A DNA stretch of 64,000 nucleotides from Candidatus Poribacteria bacterium (GCA_965208325.1 OZ242326.1:2847363-2911362); one strand, 5' to 3'. Shown: positions 10,652 through 22,287, numbered from the stretch's first letter. Notes: generated by a model not told the origin, from the sequence alone. Translations and numbers: made by a program.

Positions 10652-10877
10652 TGAAAACTAACCGCTGTTACGTTCCGCACTTAGCGCCATCATTCTAACC
10701 TGCCTTAAGTGGTTTTCTTTACAGTCAAAGACACATCTCACTCCTTCACCGAACTCAAACTCCACAATTACAATCGAGGCCTTGTGCATAAAGGCTTGAC
10801 AGCTCATTCGGATTTGTGCTACCCTCTCTCCGTTAGCATATCACCTCCGGTACCGCATAGTAGCAAGGATTACGCAC

Positions 10878-12824
10878 ATGCAATTGGACGGATTGGTCTT
10901 AGGAAAATATTGGATTGAAACACTGATTAACAGCGGCAGCTTTGCTTCTGTTTTTCGCGCTAAAGAACAACTTACCAACCGCATTGTCGCTATAAAAACA
11001 TTGTCCAAGTCCTCATATCCGCCAGGCCGCATGCGTTATCTGCTTACCGAACTGAGCGCCATGGGATTAAATTGGGGCCACCCGAATATCGTTTCAATTC
11101 ATACGGTTGAACCCGGTGACGACAATTATATTGCCTATATTATCATGGAGCACGTGGATGGGCCAAGTTTGCGGGAACTAATGAATGAAAAGCCAATCAC
11201 ACCCAACCGAGCAATTAGCATTGCATTGGACGTTTGCCGCGGATTGACCGCAGCGCATGAATTCAACATCATCCACAGAGACATTAAACCGCAAAATATA
11301 CTTTTGACCTCCAATCTCACAGCCAAAATCTCAGACTTTGGCGTCGCACGCATTCTTGAAACAGCAAACGAATACGCAGGAACCATCACAGGAACACGCA
11401 AATACATGTCACCTGAACAGTACGAGGGCAATTATGACCACAGGGCAGATCTCTATTCGACAGGGTTGACACTTTACGAAATGTTGACCGGCAGATCTCC
11501 TTTCAGAGGTGCAAATCATAATGAGATTCAAGCGAAAAAACGGTCTGCAGCGTTTGACATCGCTGGCGTGCCTAACGATTTTCACGACATCTTGCTAAAA
11601 GCATTGCATCCCGATGTGAACGGACGTTATCGTTCAGCCGCGGAAATGTATGGTGACCTGGATCAAATTCGGCGAAAATGGTATGCCGCCGCCGCCAGAA
11701 GTGCCATCAGCAGCTACTCAAATGCAGACATTTTATCTGCAGCTTTATCCAAAAACAGAGAGGAATTAAGACTCTCTACCGAAGCGGCTGAGAATATCGA
11801 ATCGAAAATTCTACGCGAAGGGCAAGTTGAATTTGAGGAGAAGAAACGAATCGAGTGTGAAAATGAGGTGGATAAACACTACGATTTAGCTATTGAAAAT
11901 CTTCGTTCTGATTCGCCGCAGATCGCCTTGCAGGAGATGCAGCAAGCGCACCGCCTCTACCTAGCGAATGCCCACGCCGCCAAGAAAGCAGATGCGATAT
12001 TTCACGAGTTGTCGGAACATATTTCCAACATCCTTCCCACAAAAGCACGAGCGCTAATTCAATCCATCAATGAATTGCCCGCGAATGAGAAGGGTGAATT
12101 GAAGGAATGGTTCTTCACCCAATTCCCGCCCAGCGAGTCTGATGACCCATCCTCCCTCAATTCTCAAAGCACAGATAATAGGCCCCTACCTCATGAAACG
12201 GGTGACGCTCGCCCAGGAAATGATCCGTCGCCAGAATATATCTTGAAAGAGCGTCATGAGGAGATTCAAAACGCTCACGAACTCGAGGCAACTCAGATTT
12301 GTCAGTCGGCTGAAGAGTTTGCTCGACAGCGAAAAACTAGGCGAGCTCGGTCAGAATATAAAAAACTCGGGGAATTTTATCGGAAACAAGCCGATTCATT
12401 TATCACATCGGGGGATTGGGAATCAGCTTCCGAATGTTATGCACGTTCTCGGCTCGCCTATATGGCAGCGCGTCGCATTACCAATGCGAGACAGAGCGCA
12501 GGAGAAGCCGGCTTTCACTTTGCCGAAGCCGCCGCGTTGCATGAAAGAAAACAGAATTGGGCTGAAGCCGGTAATTTGTATTTACAATCGGCGGAACAAT
12601 TTGAATTCTCCGAACAATCAGAATCGGCTGATGAAAGCTGGCTGCGGGCAACAATCTGCTATTTCAACGTCGCTGAGGACGCACGCACAGCTGGAAAGCT
12701 GAAACAGGCTTACGACTTTTGCGAAAAGACCTTGGCAATAGCAAAAGACATGCGCAGGCCTACCAATGCAGCAAACGGCGCGCGAAAACTAATCAGGGAA
12801 ATTGAGGAGCTTTTTCTGGGATGA
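10878..12824 (+). CDS. Hanks-type serine/threonine protein kinase with a long C-terminal helical/TPR-like region
   Basis: Kinase subdomain motifs HRDIKPQNILL, DFGVAR and SPEQ; roughly 350 aa of C-terminal low-complexity helical sequence. Confidence 0.8.
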   Translation: MQLDGLVLGKYWIETLINSGSFASVFRAKEQLTNRIVAIKTLSKSSYPPGRMRYLLTELSAMGLNWGHPNIVSIHTVEPGDDNYIAYIIMEHVDGPSLRELMNEKPITPNRAISIALDVCRGLTAAHEFNIIHRDIKPQNILLTSNLTAKISDFGVARILETANEYAGTITGTRKYMSPEQYEGNYDHRADLYSTGLTLYEMLTGRSPFRGANHNEIQAKKRSAAFDIAGVPNDFHDILLKALHPDVNGRYRSAAEMYGDLDQIRRKWYAAAARSAISSYSNADILSAALSKNREELRLSTEAAENIESKILREGQVEFEEKKRIECENEVDKHYDLAIENLRSDSPQIALQEMQQAHRLYLANAHAAKKADAIFHELSEHISNILPTKARALIQSINELPANEKGELKEWFFTQFPPSESDDPSSLNSQSTDNRPLPHETGDARPGNDPSPEYILKERHEEIQNAHELEATQICQSAEEFARQRKTRRARSEYKKLGEFYRKQADSFITSGDWESASECYARSRLAYMAARRITNARQSAGEAGFHFAEAAALHERKQNWAEAGNLYLQSAEQFEFSEQSESADESWLRATICYFNVAEDARTAGKLKQAYDFCEKTLAIAKDMRRPTNAANGARKLIREIEELFLG

Positions 12825-12962
12825 TCTCACTTAATGATTGGCGCCCCGCACCTCCTCGGGCAATAATCCATCCGCTATGCGCAACCCGGCAGTAAATTCA
12901 TCCCAACGCTTTGCAATGAGCGAAATTCAGCGTAAACATCAATCCATCCGTTACATCTTGGC

Positions 12963-13796
12963 ATGAGAAATTCAGAAATGAGAGCAAATCAAATAAAATC
13001 GACTTTACACAAAGGAGAAATTTTAATTGGAACCTTTGTAATGGAATTTTCGGTATCATCGATCGCAACACTCTTGGCAAGCGCCGGCGCCGATTTTATC
13101 GTTGTATGTATGGAACATACCGCTTTCACAATAGAAACCGTCGGACGCATCATCAGAGCTGCTAGAGGGTCTAATTTGCCCAGCATTGTACGGCCGCCAG
13201 CGTTGGAACGCCATTTTATCTCTCGAGCTCTTGATGCAGGTGCTTCAGGGCTGATGGTGCCGCGCATAGAATCACGCAAAGATGTTGAAAAAATCACCGC
13301 ATGGGCAAAATATGCGCCGGAAGGCGACCGAGGCGTAGCATTTGGCATCGCGCACACCGATTATGGGGATTTTCGCAAGTTAGACGGTGTCAAATATACG
13401 AAGCAGGCAAATGAAGAGATTTTTATTATCGGGCAGATTGAAACCGCGAAAGCCGTCGATAATATTGATGAAATCCTCAATAGCGGCGGATTAGACGCTA
13501 TCTTTATAGGACCCTACGATCTATCAACTTCATTGGGCGTATCGGGGCAGCTCGATCACCCGCTAGTCGTCGCCAGCATTGAGAGTGTCATTGCCAAAGC
13601 AAAATCCTACGACGTTATTCTCGGAAGCTACGTAAACGATTTTGAGAGTGGCAAACGGTGGGCTGATGCGGGCGTTCAATTGATTGCTTGTGGCAACGAC
13701 GCTTTTTTGCTGACCTGCAAATTTGCCGAAGAGCATCAGAAATTTCAAGACTATTCGGGTAGGAATCGGGGCATCAACCCACCGGTCAACAGCTAA
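12963..13796 (+). CDS. HpcH/HpaI-family aldolase (citrate-lyase beta-like)
   Basis: 277 aa; TIM-barrel aldolase pattern (GADFIVVCMEH...ESRKDVEKI...IETAKAV) typical of the HpcH/HpaI family. Confidence 0.65.
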   Translation: MRNSEMRANQIKSTLHKGEILIGTFVMEFSVSSIATLLASAGADFIVVCMEHTAFTIETVGRIIRAARGSNLPSIVRPPALERHFISRALDAGASGLMVPRIESRKDVEKITAWAKYAPEGDRGVAFGIAHTDYGDFRKLDGVKYTKQANEEIFIIGQIETAKAVDNIDEILNSGGLDAIFIGPYDLSTSLGVSGQLDHPLVVASIESVIAKAKSYDVILGSYVNDFESGKRWADAGVQLIACGNDAFLLTCKFAEEHQKFQDYSGRNRGINPPVNS

Positions 13797-14075
13797 ATCG
13801 GCGCACACTGAAGGAGCACCAACATCACGGCATCTGAACTCTTAGCGAAAGTCAAGGTGGGGAAGCCCGTTCCTTGCGGTACATGCCGCAAAGGAATTCC
13901 GGCGGATGACATTGCAAGCATAACCTTTAAGCTAGGCAAACTCGCACCCCGAATGGAGCGCGCACGGGTTGGATCGATTCGCTGCGTACAGTGTCAGCAC
14001 GATGACCCCAAATTCCAGGCTGAACCCCGAGGACCAGATATCAAGTTTGTGCGAGGGGATTAAAGTACCACTGAA

Positions 14076-14969
14076 TTAGGGCGTTTCCGCCGCAACGAGT
14101 TCTTTCTCTTTCAGCTCAAAAGCAAAAAATCTGAGCAGGTACATCCGTTCTTGATTTACGGTTACCGGAATCATCTGGTTGTATTGGTATTTGACAACAC
14201 CCACATTGGGAACCACCCAGTATTTTGCCGGCTCATATGTGGCAGTTTCCAATTCCGGCGGATCAGCATTAGATAGTTTTACAGTCGTCTCCTCCGACAA
14301 ACCTACAATCTCCTCCTCAACTAGGTACGCATCGTAGTTGCCGTCGGGAACTGCCACCGGAACGCCTTCATCAAGAACACGGCGAATAACCTCGACGGTC
14401 GGTTCAGTCGTCTTCTCAACCACAGTCCACGAATTGCCTTTCTTCAACGGAAAATCCCAGAACCGATAGGGGGAAAAGTGTTTCAGGTGGAAAACCCTTG
14501 AAGGATTGGCAACATCAAAAGCCGATTCAATCTGAGCTTGTGATGTCTTTAAAAAGTACGTTGCAATCACAAAGTTCGGTTCTACAATCCGAAAATCGGA
14601 CTGAAAAAAGTAGACGGCGTTTGCGGAAAGGTGATCGACCGCTTCTCGGTTGACACTGTCAGGATCTCCGGGAATTTCAATCTCGCTGATAGTCATCTGC
14701 CGGTGGGTCAATCCTTCAACCTCTCGGGTATTCTCAATTCTCAACGTGTATTCCTGACCGGTTTCCACATTCACATAGCTCCAAGCAGACCCGTTGTTTG
14801 TGGGAAAATCCACCGCATGTAGCCCTTCGTCGAAAGGCGGAGCATCCTCCACATCGCCGTGCGGGTCTATTAACCCTTCTTCACCGCACCCGAGCATGAA
14901 TACCAGCAGGCAACCCAAGACCACAAACCGGCGCATTAAAAAGAGTAAAATTATTGTAAACCTTGCCAT
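14076..14969 (-). CDS. Hypothetical lipoprotein
   Basis: Signal peptide with the lipobox LGCGEE; no recognised domain. Confidence 0.4.
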   Translation of the reverse strand: MARFTIILLFLMRRFVVLGCLLVFMLGCGEEGLIDPHGDVEDAPPFDEGLHAVDFPTNNGSAWSYVNVETGQEYTLRIENTREVEGLTHRQMTISEIEIPGDPDSVNREAVDHLSANAVYFFQSDFRIVEPNFVIATYFLKTSQAQIESAFDVANPSRVFHLKHFSPYRFWDFPLKKGNSWTVVEKTTEPTVEVIRRVLDEGVPVAVPDGNYDAYLVEEEIVGLSEETTVKLSNADPPELETATYEPAKYWVVPNVGVVKYQYNQMIPVTVNQERMYLLRFFAFELKEKELVAAETP

Positions 14970-15120
14970 CTAAAAGCATCCCTTGGTTTGAACGAGACCA
15001 ATCCCCGATTTGCATCCATGTAGGTGGGAATTCCGATTCCAGACTCCCTATCCGGATACCGTGCCCAGAGAAGGCGGAAATTCCAATTCCCTCTTATCCG
15101 TTCAGGTTAAAATTCCGCGC

Positions 15121-17526
15121 CTACTTCATGATGAACATTTTCTGCGTATCAACGGAATCACCCGTTCTTAAACTATAGAAGTATACGCTGCTCGCAGCGC
15201 GAACGCCCGTATTCGTGCGCCCATCCCAATGTGCAGCCTCTCCCTGCTTGATATACCGTCCCCGCACTTTCACACCGAGATTTAGCGTGCGAACTAAACG
15301 GCCAGAGATATCGTAGATTTCAATCGAAACAGGTGAGTCCTCTGCCAATTCGTAAGGAATCCAAACGTCTGGATTGAAGGGGTTAGGGTAACTTTGCAGC
15401 AAGCGCGTGTGCAGCGGCGGCGCAGCAGAGGTATTCAGCGGAGTGAAGGCAGGCGTGATACCCTGCGCATCAATGCCCGGCCTTCCCATGAGGCCAACGG
15501 CGTTGACCGGAACTACGGCGTAAAAATAACGTATATTCTGTGGATCAAAACGAGAATCTTCGACATTAATGTCTTGAAATATGGTTACGTCTTCAAAACT
15601 GGTGTCAGTCGCATTGACGCGCCCAATAATATTGATATCCCCTTCAGGGATGCCGTTGCCGTCTCGATCCGCGGCAACAAGGACTTCCGCCGCATTCTGG
15701 AATGGTCGTGGGCTGTCAGTGTCATATATGGATGTATACCGTTTGCGGACTATAGCGACCTCTCGAATACCGCTCAAATCTTCAAGCGTCCATTGAACTA
15801 ATACCCCGCCCTCGCTGCCCTGTGACACCGAGGGAGTAGATAATACTCCCGCGGGCGGACGGCCTGCTATGTAACTCACCGACCCGCCAAACGCCGCTGA
15901 AATAAATCGTCCGGATACAGACCGGCCGCCTTCAACTACGACGCGTTCAACATCCGGACGAACATTGATTAGGATTAACGTGACCTTTTGAATCTCACCC
16001 CCAAAATCATTGAACGTGATTTGGGCTTCCTGGGATCGATGATACGTCAATGCCTCGCGAACTTCTGTTGTCCCATCCCGCTTTTCTACGGCGAATTTCG
16101 CCCCCCAGCCGCGCAGTCCTGTAACTTCATGCCGATCCAACTCCCCTTGAATGGCGTCGTGGTCTCCCGCAGAGAGTTGGTTCATGTCCATTGGAGCGAG
16201 ATCCGCGCCATCAACCTTGATGGCAAATTCGTCCATCACGCCATCCGGCTCGAAAACTATATAGCGCGCTGAAAACGGTTCGGGCATAGATTCCGAATCG
16301 AAATCAATGCGAACCGGGTAGCGCTGATGCACATCGCTGGGATGGATAGCCACTGGCGGGAACCGATGGCCGTTGAGGTAGTGCTCTCCGTCGTCTCGAT
16401 TGTAAGTGAAGTAATTCCATTCGGTGAACGTCTTAAATGCTTCAACAAGCGTCGTTCCATAATTCCGGAAGACACCTTCAAAGTTGCCGTACTCGCGGTA
16501 TGAGCCTTCGGTGGCGCCGCCGTAAAATTGCCTGACTATATCGACGCCGAACCGCTCCGCCATGTAAAATACGAAAATTACCGAACCGTACTCATGGTCG
16601 CCGACACGATTTCTGAGCGCAATGTCCGGCTGAAGAAACCAACGGCGCAACTGTCCAGAATAGTAGTTGTAAGCGTTAGTCTCGCCAATCTCGTCAGGGT
16701 CTGCAATGTCGTCAAGATCGTCAATCAAACCGCCGTCGTACACCTTTGACTCCGACCACGTCGCAGACGCCTCCATAAACCATGTCGGCATCAGCGCGTT
16801 ATAGGCATACTGCACGCCGTGGAAAAATTCATGTGCGCACGTCGTTTCAATAAACCGAACGGCTTCCGACTTCCCGAAATACAGGTGCATGCGAGAGTTG
16901 ATTCCGAACCATGGAGCCGTAGTTACGACCGTCGACAATACACGTCCATAGCTGCTGCTGCTGACAGTTATACCCAGTGCAGGGAACATAAACAGGTATA
17001 CGTCGTATTTATGGTTGCCTCCATTTACCTTAACCCAAAAATCGTCAAGCGGCGCTTTATAACCCATTAATTCTATCTGAACATGGTAAGATCGTTCTAG
17101 CGCATCGGCGCAGATATCCACGTAATCGGGAACTCCGTTCATCGGATTGAAGTCGTCGGGCGGAGGCGCATGGTGGCCAACCGTGGTGTAGTGGAGCCTG
17201 AAGTGCGGTGTGTCATACTTGTTGGGCAGATACACAGATCCAAAGAGGCTTCCCGGCGCACCAGGACGAAGGAATATACCCTGAAATTCCCTCTGATAGA
17301 TTGCTGGAAGGTGATGCCAATTTGCAGCGAGAATATTTAAGCTGTCCGTGAAGCACTCTTGAAGCTCGGACGGATCATAACTCGTTTTCAGGTTAATATA
17401 CTTTCGAGCCTCCCGAATTGCGCTGAACAACTCTGGATCGGGAGCTTGCGCTTCAACACACGATGCCGTAAATCCAAAAATGCTAATTATTGCCAATGCG
17501 GTTAAGCGAAAAGTCATCTTGTTCAC
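15121..17526 (-). CDS. Secreted putative zinc metalloprotease with a T9SS C-terminal sorting domain
   Basis: Signal peptide; an HEFFHGVQ (HEXXH) motif; C-terminus [14 protein letters not shown]...VYFYSLR...MFIMK matches the T9SS type-A CTD. Confidence 0.7.
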   Translation of the reverse strand: MNKMTFRLTALAIISIFGFTASCVEAQAPDPELFSAIREARKYINLKTSYDPSELQECFTDSLNILAANWHHLPAIYQREFQGIFLRPGAPGSLFGSVYLPNKYDTPHFRLHYTTVGHHAPPPDDFNPMNGVPDYVDICADALERSYHVQIELMGYKAPLDDFWVKVNGGNHKYDVYLFMFPALGITVSSSSYGRVLSTVVTTAPWFGINSRMHLYFGKSEAVRFIETTCAHEFFHGVQYAYNALMPTWFMEASATWSESKVYDGGLIDDLDDIADPDEIGETNAYNYYSGQLRRWFLQPDIALRNRVGDHEYGSVIFVFYMAERFGVDIVRQFYGGATEGSYREYGNFEGVFRNYGTTLVEAFKTFTEWNYFTYNRDDGEHYLNGHRFPPVAIHPSDVHQRYPVRIDFDSESMPEPFSARYIVFEPDGVMDEFAIKVDGADLAPMDMNQLSAGDHDAIQGELDRHEVTGLRGWGAKFAVEKRDGTTEVREALTYHRSQEAQITFNDFGGEIQKVTLILINVRPDVERVVVEGGRSVSGRFISAAFGGSVSYIAGRPPAGVLSTPSVSQGSEGGVLVQWTLEDLSGIREVAIVRKRYTSIYDTDSPRPFQNAAEVLVAADRDGNGIPEGDINIIGRVNATDTSFEDVTIFQDINVEDSRFDPQNIRYFYAVVPVNAVGLMGRPGIDAQGITPAFTPLNTSAAPPLHTRLLQSYPNPFNPDVWIPYELAEDSPVSIEIYDISGRLVRTLNLGVKVRGRYIKQGEAAHWDGRTNTGVRAASSVYFYSLRTGDSVDTQKMFIMK

Positions 17527-18308
17527 CTAATCATGCCTTCCCAAGAACTTGATGCCGTCGCATACAGTTTTTTCGGGATGCGTCCAGCTAAAAACGCTAG
17601 GCGTCCAGCCTCAATCGCTTTACGCATAGCTTCCGCCATCATCACAGGCTGGCGCGCCTTAGCTACCGCAGTATTGAGCAAAACGCCGTCACAACCAAGC
17701 TCCATCGCAACGGTTGCATCAGAGGCAGTTCCCACTCCGGCATCAACGATGAGAGGCAGACTGACACTATCGCGAATGATTTCGATGTTGTAAGGATTCC
17801 GAATCCCCATGCCTGAACCAATAGGCGCCCCCAACGGCATGACAGCCGCGCACCCCAAATCCTCTAGCTTCTTGCAGGTGATTGGATCGTCGTTACAATA
17901 CGGCAGTACAGTGAACGCTTCTTTGACTAACGTCGCCGCTGCGGATAGCAACTGTTCAACGTCGGGAAACAGCGTCGCATCATCGCCGATGACTTCCAGC
18001 TTGATGAGATCGGTTCCGAGCGCTTCTCGTGCCAATTGAGCCGTCAGTATCGCCTCCTTCGCCGTATAACAGCCCGCCGTGTTCGGCAGGATAGTGTATC
18101 CACGTGTTTGCAGCATATTGAACAAATTCTCTTCGGCGCCCGATAGCGTCACCCGGCGGAGAGCAACTGTGGCCATCTCTACACCCGCCATTTCGAGCGC
18201 GCGAAGCATCACATCGAAATTCGGGTATCCCGAAGTCCCCATAATTAACCGGGATTGATAGTCGCTGCCGCCAATTCTGAGTCCATCCATCTTTTCCATC
18301 TTGCACAA
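17523..18308 (-). CDS. thiG: Thiazole synthase
   Basis: Collinear with ThiG ([13 protein letters not shown]...[15 protein letters not shown]...LPYCNDDP...[13 protein letters not shown]...VDAGVGT...LLNTAVA). Confidence 0.85.
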   Translation of the reverse strand: MCKMEKMDGLRIGGSDYQSRLIMGTSGYPNFDVMLRALEMAGVEMATVALRRVTLSGAEENLFNMLQTRGYTILPNTAGCYTAKEAILTAQLAREALGTDLIKLEVIGDDATLFPDVEQLLSAAATLVKEAFTVLPYCNDDPITCKKLEDLGCAAVMPLGAPIGSGMGIRNPYNIEIIRDSVSLPLIVDAGVGTASDATVAMELGCDGVLLNTAVAKARQPVMMAEAMRKAIEAGRLAFLAGRIPKKLYATASSSWEGMIR

Positions 18309-18439
18309 AAATCCCTAAGCGCCCTCACTCAATAACAAACAACAACCTTTTGGATAACAGCAGACCCATACAGGACCTACAAAGCAACCCACATCCGGAT
18401 TTAATTGAACACATTGTCAAAAATGCATGCGTCCCGGCA

Positions 18440-19078
18440 TCAAATGGTACCAAAATTCCTTCCAATGAAGAACATGCCAATTGCGAAGGCAACCATAATA
18501 CCTCCCGTGACCAAATAAAAAACACAGGAAATCATTTTCGTAGGTACAGACGAGTTGCGGAAATACTCGTTCATCGCATTGACAACCTCTCTGAAAACCG
18601 AATTGTATCCACGCTGTTTGACCTTGATAATGCCCGTTCCCATCCACGACTGAATAGCTACCTGCAAGTCCACGTCAACTGTTGTAAGCCGTATTACGGA
18701 AAGACTCTCTTCATAGGGTAGTTGTAGTTTTTCAAGCGCCGCTAATAGCGCCTCTCGAAACGATGCATCTGTTACCGCGTACGCCGTGTAACCCTTTAAT
18801 TGATACCACATCATTAGGAGAACAACTAAAAGTATAAGTAGGGTTACCCAATTCATGACATTGAAACTGCCGGGTAATGATAACGATGACGAGACATTTA
18901 ATAAGATCATCGGGATTAAAACAACAAACATCATTGAAAGCACCCATCTATTTGAGACCAAAAAAGGCTGCTTGGTCAAGATGCCTCGAAGCCCAACCGT
19001 CAAGAAGTTGATTGCCGTAAACCCAAATATAATTGGAAATACGATTGAAATCATCATCTCATGGAAATCAAGATTCAT
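18440..19078 (-). CDS. Paralogous 4-TM membrane protein of unknown function (copy 1)
   Basis: Three N-terminal TM helices (the GLRGILTKQPFLVSNRW motif), an approximately 80-aa soluble domain (AVTD.SFREAL.AALEKLQLPYEESL), then a C-terminal TM helix. Confidence 0.5.
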   Translation of the reverse strand: MNLDFHEMMISIVFPIIFGFTAINFLTVGLRGILTKQPFLVSNRWVLSMMFVVLIPMILLNVSSSLSLPGSFNVMNWVTLLILLVVLLMMWYQLKGYTAYAVTDASFREALLAALEKLQLPYEESLSVIRLTTVDVDLQVAIQSWMGTGIIKVKQRGYNSVFREVVNAMNEYFRNSSVPTKMISCVFYLVTGGIMVAFAIGMFFIGRNFGTI

Positions 19079-19140
19079 TTTGTTTCTCCACCCTTCCCCA
19101 AAACGCTAAACACATTATTTCAAACGGAACCCTCTCGACA

Positions 19141-19752
19141 TCATACGGTTACGAAGATATTTCGAAAGAAGAACATGCCAATAGCGAAGACTATCATAAT
19201 CCCACCCATAACCAAACAATAAAAACAGGAAATCATTTTTGTAGGTACGGACGAGGTGCGGAAGTATTCGTTCATCTCATTGACAACCTCTCGGAGCACC
19301 GAATGGTATTCACGCTGTTTGACCTTGATAATGCCCGTTCCCGTCCACGACTGAATAGCTACCTGCAAGTCCGCATCAATTGTTGTAAGCCGTATTACGG
19401 AAAGTCTCTCTTCGTAGGGCAACTGTAGTTTCTCAAGCGCCGCTACAAGCGCCTCACGAAACGACTTATCTGTAACTGCCCACGCCATGTAACCCTTGAG
19501 TTGATAGCACACCATTAGAAGGATAACCCCAAACATAAGCGGGTGTACCCAACTCATGATTTTGAAAGCGCTAGGTAGGGATGACCCCGACAGCGGCAAT
19601 AACACCATCGGAATGAAAACAACGAGAAAAATCGGCAGCCACCATCTATTTGAGATCAAGAACGGCTGTTTGGTCAAGATGCCCCGAAGCCCAATGGACA
19701 AGAAGAAGATTGACATAATTCCAAACATGATTGGGATTTCAATTGACACCAT
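19141..19752 (-). CDS. Paralogous 4-TM membrane protein of unknown function (copy 2)
   Basis: Roughly 60 percent identical to copy 1 with the same motifs. Confidence 0.5.
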   Translation of the reverse strand: MVSIEIPIMFGIMSIFFLSIGLRGILTKQPFLISNRWWLPIFLVVFIPMVLLPLSGSSLPSAFKIMSWVHPLMFGVILLMVCYQLKGYMAWAVTDKSFREALVAALEKLQLPYEERLSVIRLTTIDADLQVAIQSWTGTGIIKVKQREYHSVLREVVNEMNEYFRTSSVPTKMISCFYCLVMGGIMIVFAIGMFFFRNIFVTV

Positions 19753-19857
19753 TATCCTGTAGACCTGTAGAAATCAAGATTCATGTTCGCTTACTCCTGC
19801 CGACCAAGTTCGTTTTTTGCGGTCAGTCACATTTCGAGAACTACACTTCTGTATCGC

Positions 19858-20442
19858 TTATAATTTTTTCAAAACCGTCAAGCCATCGCTCCCATCGGGG
19901 TTCAGTACAAGTGAATCCTCCGTCCGCTCCCATGTGCCTGTTTCCACCTCATCAAATATTTCGATGGTGTAGTCGGCGCCATCAAGAGAGTAGCTGCCCG
20001 GTAACTGATCCATGCCGACAAGCACTCCCTGAATATCCTCGACTTGCAACTGCAGCCGAATGACGATTTCTAATTCCATGATACCACCCTCATGAAACGA
20101 GTAAGAAATGGAGCCGTCATAACCAGTAACACCGTCCCCAGACCAAAATGCTGCTATCGCTTGTTCTCGAAGATCTCCCTCCACAACCGAGCCGTCGGCG
20201 TCCAGAAAGGTCCAGTCCTCATCGCCGTAATCATCATATTCAGCGAGGGTCTCTAGCAAACTGAGTCCCTGATAGCTTTCAAGCGCCCATGTCCCAATCC
20301 ACTCATCGTCTGCAGGCTCAATCGGCTCAGGATCTATAACTTCAGTAATCAACGCCTCAAAACTATCACAGCCGATGACACCAAAAATCCCGACAACCCC
20401 AAAAACACCCAAAATTATACTCGTAGCTATTTGTTTAAACAT
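19858..20442 (-). CDS. Lipocalin-like lipoprotein
   Basis: Signal peptide with the lipobox VIGCDS, then a DDEWIGTWAL motif (the GxW of bacterial lipocalin-like domains). Confidence 0.45.
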   Translation of the reverse strand: MFKQIATSIILGVFGVVGIFGVIGCDSFEALITEVIDPEPIEPADDEWIGTWALESYQGLSLLETLAEYDDYGDEDWTFLDADGSVVEGDLREQAIAAFWSGDGVTGYDGSISYSFHEGGIMELEIVIRLQLQVEDIQGVLVGMDQLPGSYSLDGADYTIEIFDEVETGTWERTEDSLVLNPDGSDGLTVLKKL

Positions 20443-20753
20443 TTTTGCATCCTCCTTAGCATTATTTTATTGCGCTCTAGGGTCAAGCGCAGAAAATCAT
20501 TCAAAAGACCGTAGGAGCGATCTCCGAATCGCGACTCTTTACTCACCCAAATCACCGTACGATAACTGGTGGGCGAGACTTCCACCAATCCAACCGCTGT
20601 GACTTCAGCGGGGATTGGTACAGACATCTGGCGGCAAACGGCGACTGCCTCGCTAATCTGCCGATCCGATAAACTGGAAGCAACTGTGCAGTGCGGAACC
20701 CAGTTCCCAACGATTGAATTTCAGCATGGATGATTTTCAGTATCGAAAATCGA

Positions 20754-21365
20754 TTAGAAGATGATTCGAAAGAAAGCCATGTCAAATGCGAAATATACCC
20801 CAATCACACCTATACTCAAATAAACCGCGCAGGAAATCATATTCCTAGGCACGGACGAAATTCGGAAATACTCATTCATCTCACGGACTACCTCTCTGAG
20901 CACAGATTTGTGCGCCCGCTGTTTGACCCTTATTATCCCGGTTCCCATCCACGAATGAGCAGACACTTGCAGGTCGGCTTCAATAGACGTCAGGCGTATT
21001 GCGGCAAGACTCTCTTCGTAAGGCAACTGTAGTTTTTGAAGAGCGGCTGTCACTCCATCGCGAAACGATGTATCTGTCACGGCGTACGCCGTGTAACCCC
21101 TGTAATGAAACCATCCCCGCAACAGAAGAAGCCCAAGTATAAGCGGGATCGCCCAATTAATAGCATACAAACTGGCGGGTAAGAGCATTGAGAAATTCAG
21201 CAGTATTATTGGAACAAAAACAACGAACAAAATTGACAGCCACCATCTATTCGAGACCAAGAAAGGCCGCTTGATCAGAACGCCCCGAACCCCAATCGTC
21301 AAGAAAAAGACTGCCATAATTCCAAACATAATTGGAAAAATTAGGTCGTAAATATCAGGGTTCAT
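20754..21365 (-). CDS. Paralogous 4-TM membrane protein of unknown function (copy 3)
   Basis: Same architecture and motifs (GVRGVLIKRPFLVSNRWW; AVTDTSFRDGVTAALQKLQLPYEESL). Confidence 0.5.
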   Translation of the reverse strand: MNPDIYDLIFPIMFGIMAVFFLTIGVRGVLIKRPFLVSNRWWLSILFVVFVPIILLNFSMLLPASLYAINWAIPLILGLLLLRGWFHYRGYTAYAVTDTSFRDGVTAALQKLQLPYEESLAAIRLTSIEADLQVSAHSWMGTGIIRVKQRAHKSVLREVVREMNEYFRISSVPRNMISCAVYLSIGVIGVYFAFDMAFFRIIF

Positions 21366-21438
21366 GTTCCTTTGCTCCTAGCAGCCAAGTGCAGTTTCGG
21401 CGGACGGGTGGGCTGATAAAGGATTCCAACGCCTACTT

Positions 21439-21723
21439 TCAATCGGAATGGCGCTTTAGATGCCTGGCGTCATCCATCACTTTTAACACGAATCGTAATG
21501 CCTCATTCACAGCTTCGTCATTGGGAAAAGCTGCGGCAACATCTGGTGCGAGACGGACAATGTTCGTACCATCAGCATATTCCTGAGCATATTTCCCGCG
21601 AATCCCATTTTTCAACAATGATTCGTCGTACTCGGTACGTAATTTGTCATTAGGTGCGGTTATGTCAGCCATTTTCTTGTATTCTCCTAATCCGAATAAT
21701 CCGAATCGCAGATTGAATGGCAT
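21439..21723 (-). CDS. BrnA-like ribbon-helix-helix antitoxin (an orphan); the likely start is the internal Met MADITAP
   Basis: C-terminal NIVRLAPDVAAAFPNDEAVNEALRFVLK resembles the BrnA/CopG-like antitoxin family; no toxin ORF lies upstream. Confidence 0.4.
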   Translation of the reverse strand: MPFNLRFGLFGLGEYKKMADITAPNDKLRTEYDESLLKNGIRGKYAQEYADGTNIVRLAPDVAAAFPNDEAVNEALRFVLKVMDDARHLKRHSD

Positions 21724-21865
21724 CTTATGTTAACTAGATAACTAATTGCGCTGTTAGGACGCTGCGCAAATTCCATGTTGCCCACTCAAAACACGCGCTT
21801 TAAACCATGCCTGCTTGTCGAGCGCACACCCTCTTCCTAGGCAGGGAAAAGATGTATGCAGACGC

Positions 21866-22129
21866 TTAATTTAACGCAACTGATTCGCGCACACGCTCAA
21901 TCAAAATCTCATTTACTAGTGTTTCAATGGATACGCCTTGGGAATGGGCACTCTGCATGAGTTCATCAACAATTTCTGGTAGTATCGCGATCCGAATTGC
22001 ACGCTTGCACGGTGTCTCAAAACGAAACCATTCCTCATCGTCTTCCATGAAATCTGCGGTATCTAAGCTATCCCAAAATGAGGCTTCTTCCTCATAGTTC
22101 TTAAATTCTGGGACGTGTAGCTCTTTCAT
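21866..22129 (-). CDS. BrnA-like antitoxin
   Basis: IRIAILPEIVDELMQSAHSQGVSIETLVNEILIERV matches the BrnA-family C-terminal RHH region; overlaps the upstream BrnT-like fragment by 29 nt. Confidence 0.45.
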   Translation of the reverse strand: MKELHVPEFKNYEEEASFWDSLDTADFMEDDEEWFRFETPCKRAIRIAILPEIVDELMQSAHSQGVSIETLVNEILIERVRESVALN

Positions 22130-22274
22130 TTTTCCGCCTTTTAAAGTTTAGTTTCTCGCGGTCGGCCATATCTCGGGCCGTGATGGTTTTGTAGACCGTG
22201 CCTTCAACATGTGTTAATACTACGAACGGATAGCGCGCGTTTGCTGACCGTCCAAAAAGCGATAGCAATTTCAC
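22101..22274 (-). pseudogene. BrnT-like (DUF497) toxin, a C-terminal fragment lacking an ATG start
   Basis: Minus-strand frame translates to ...LSLFGRSANARYPFVVLTHVEGTVYKTITARDMADREKLNFKRRK, resembling the BrnT C-terminus (..VVVYTERG..IRIISARKATKKERKxYE); only about 57 codons from a possible GTG, so the N-terminus is missing. Confidence 0.35.
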
Positions 22275-22287
22275 CTTTAACGGCGGG

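Noticed and set aside
13857-14063. 68-aa ORF with CxxC...CxxC
   Set aside because: It could be a small zinc-ribbon protein, but nothing supports it beyond the ORF. It is left unannotated.
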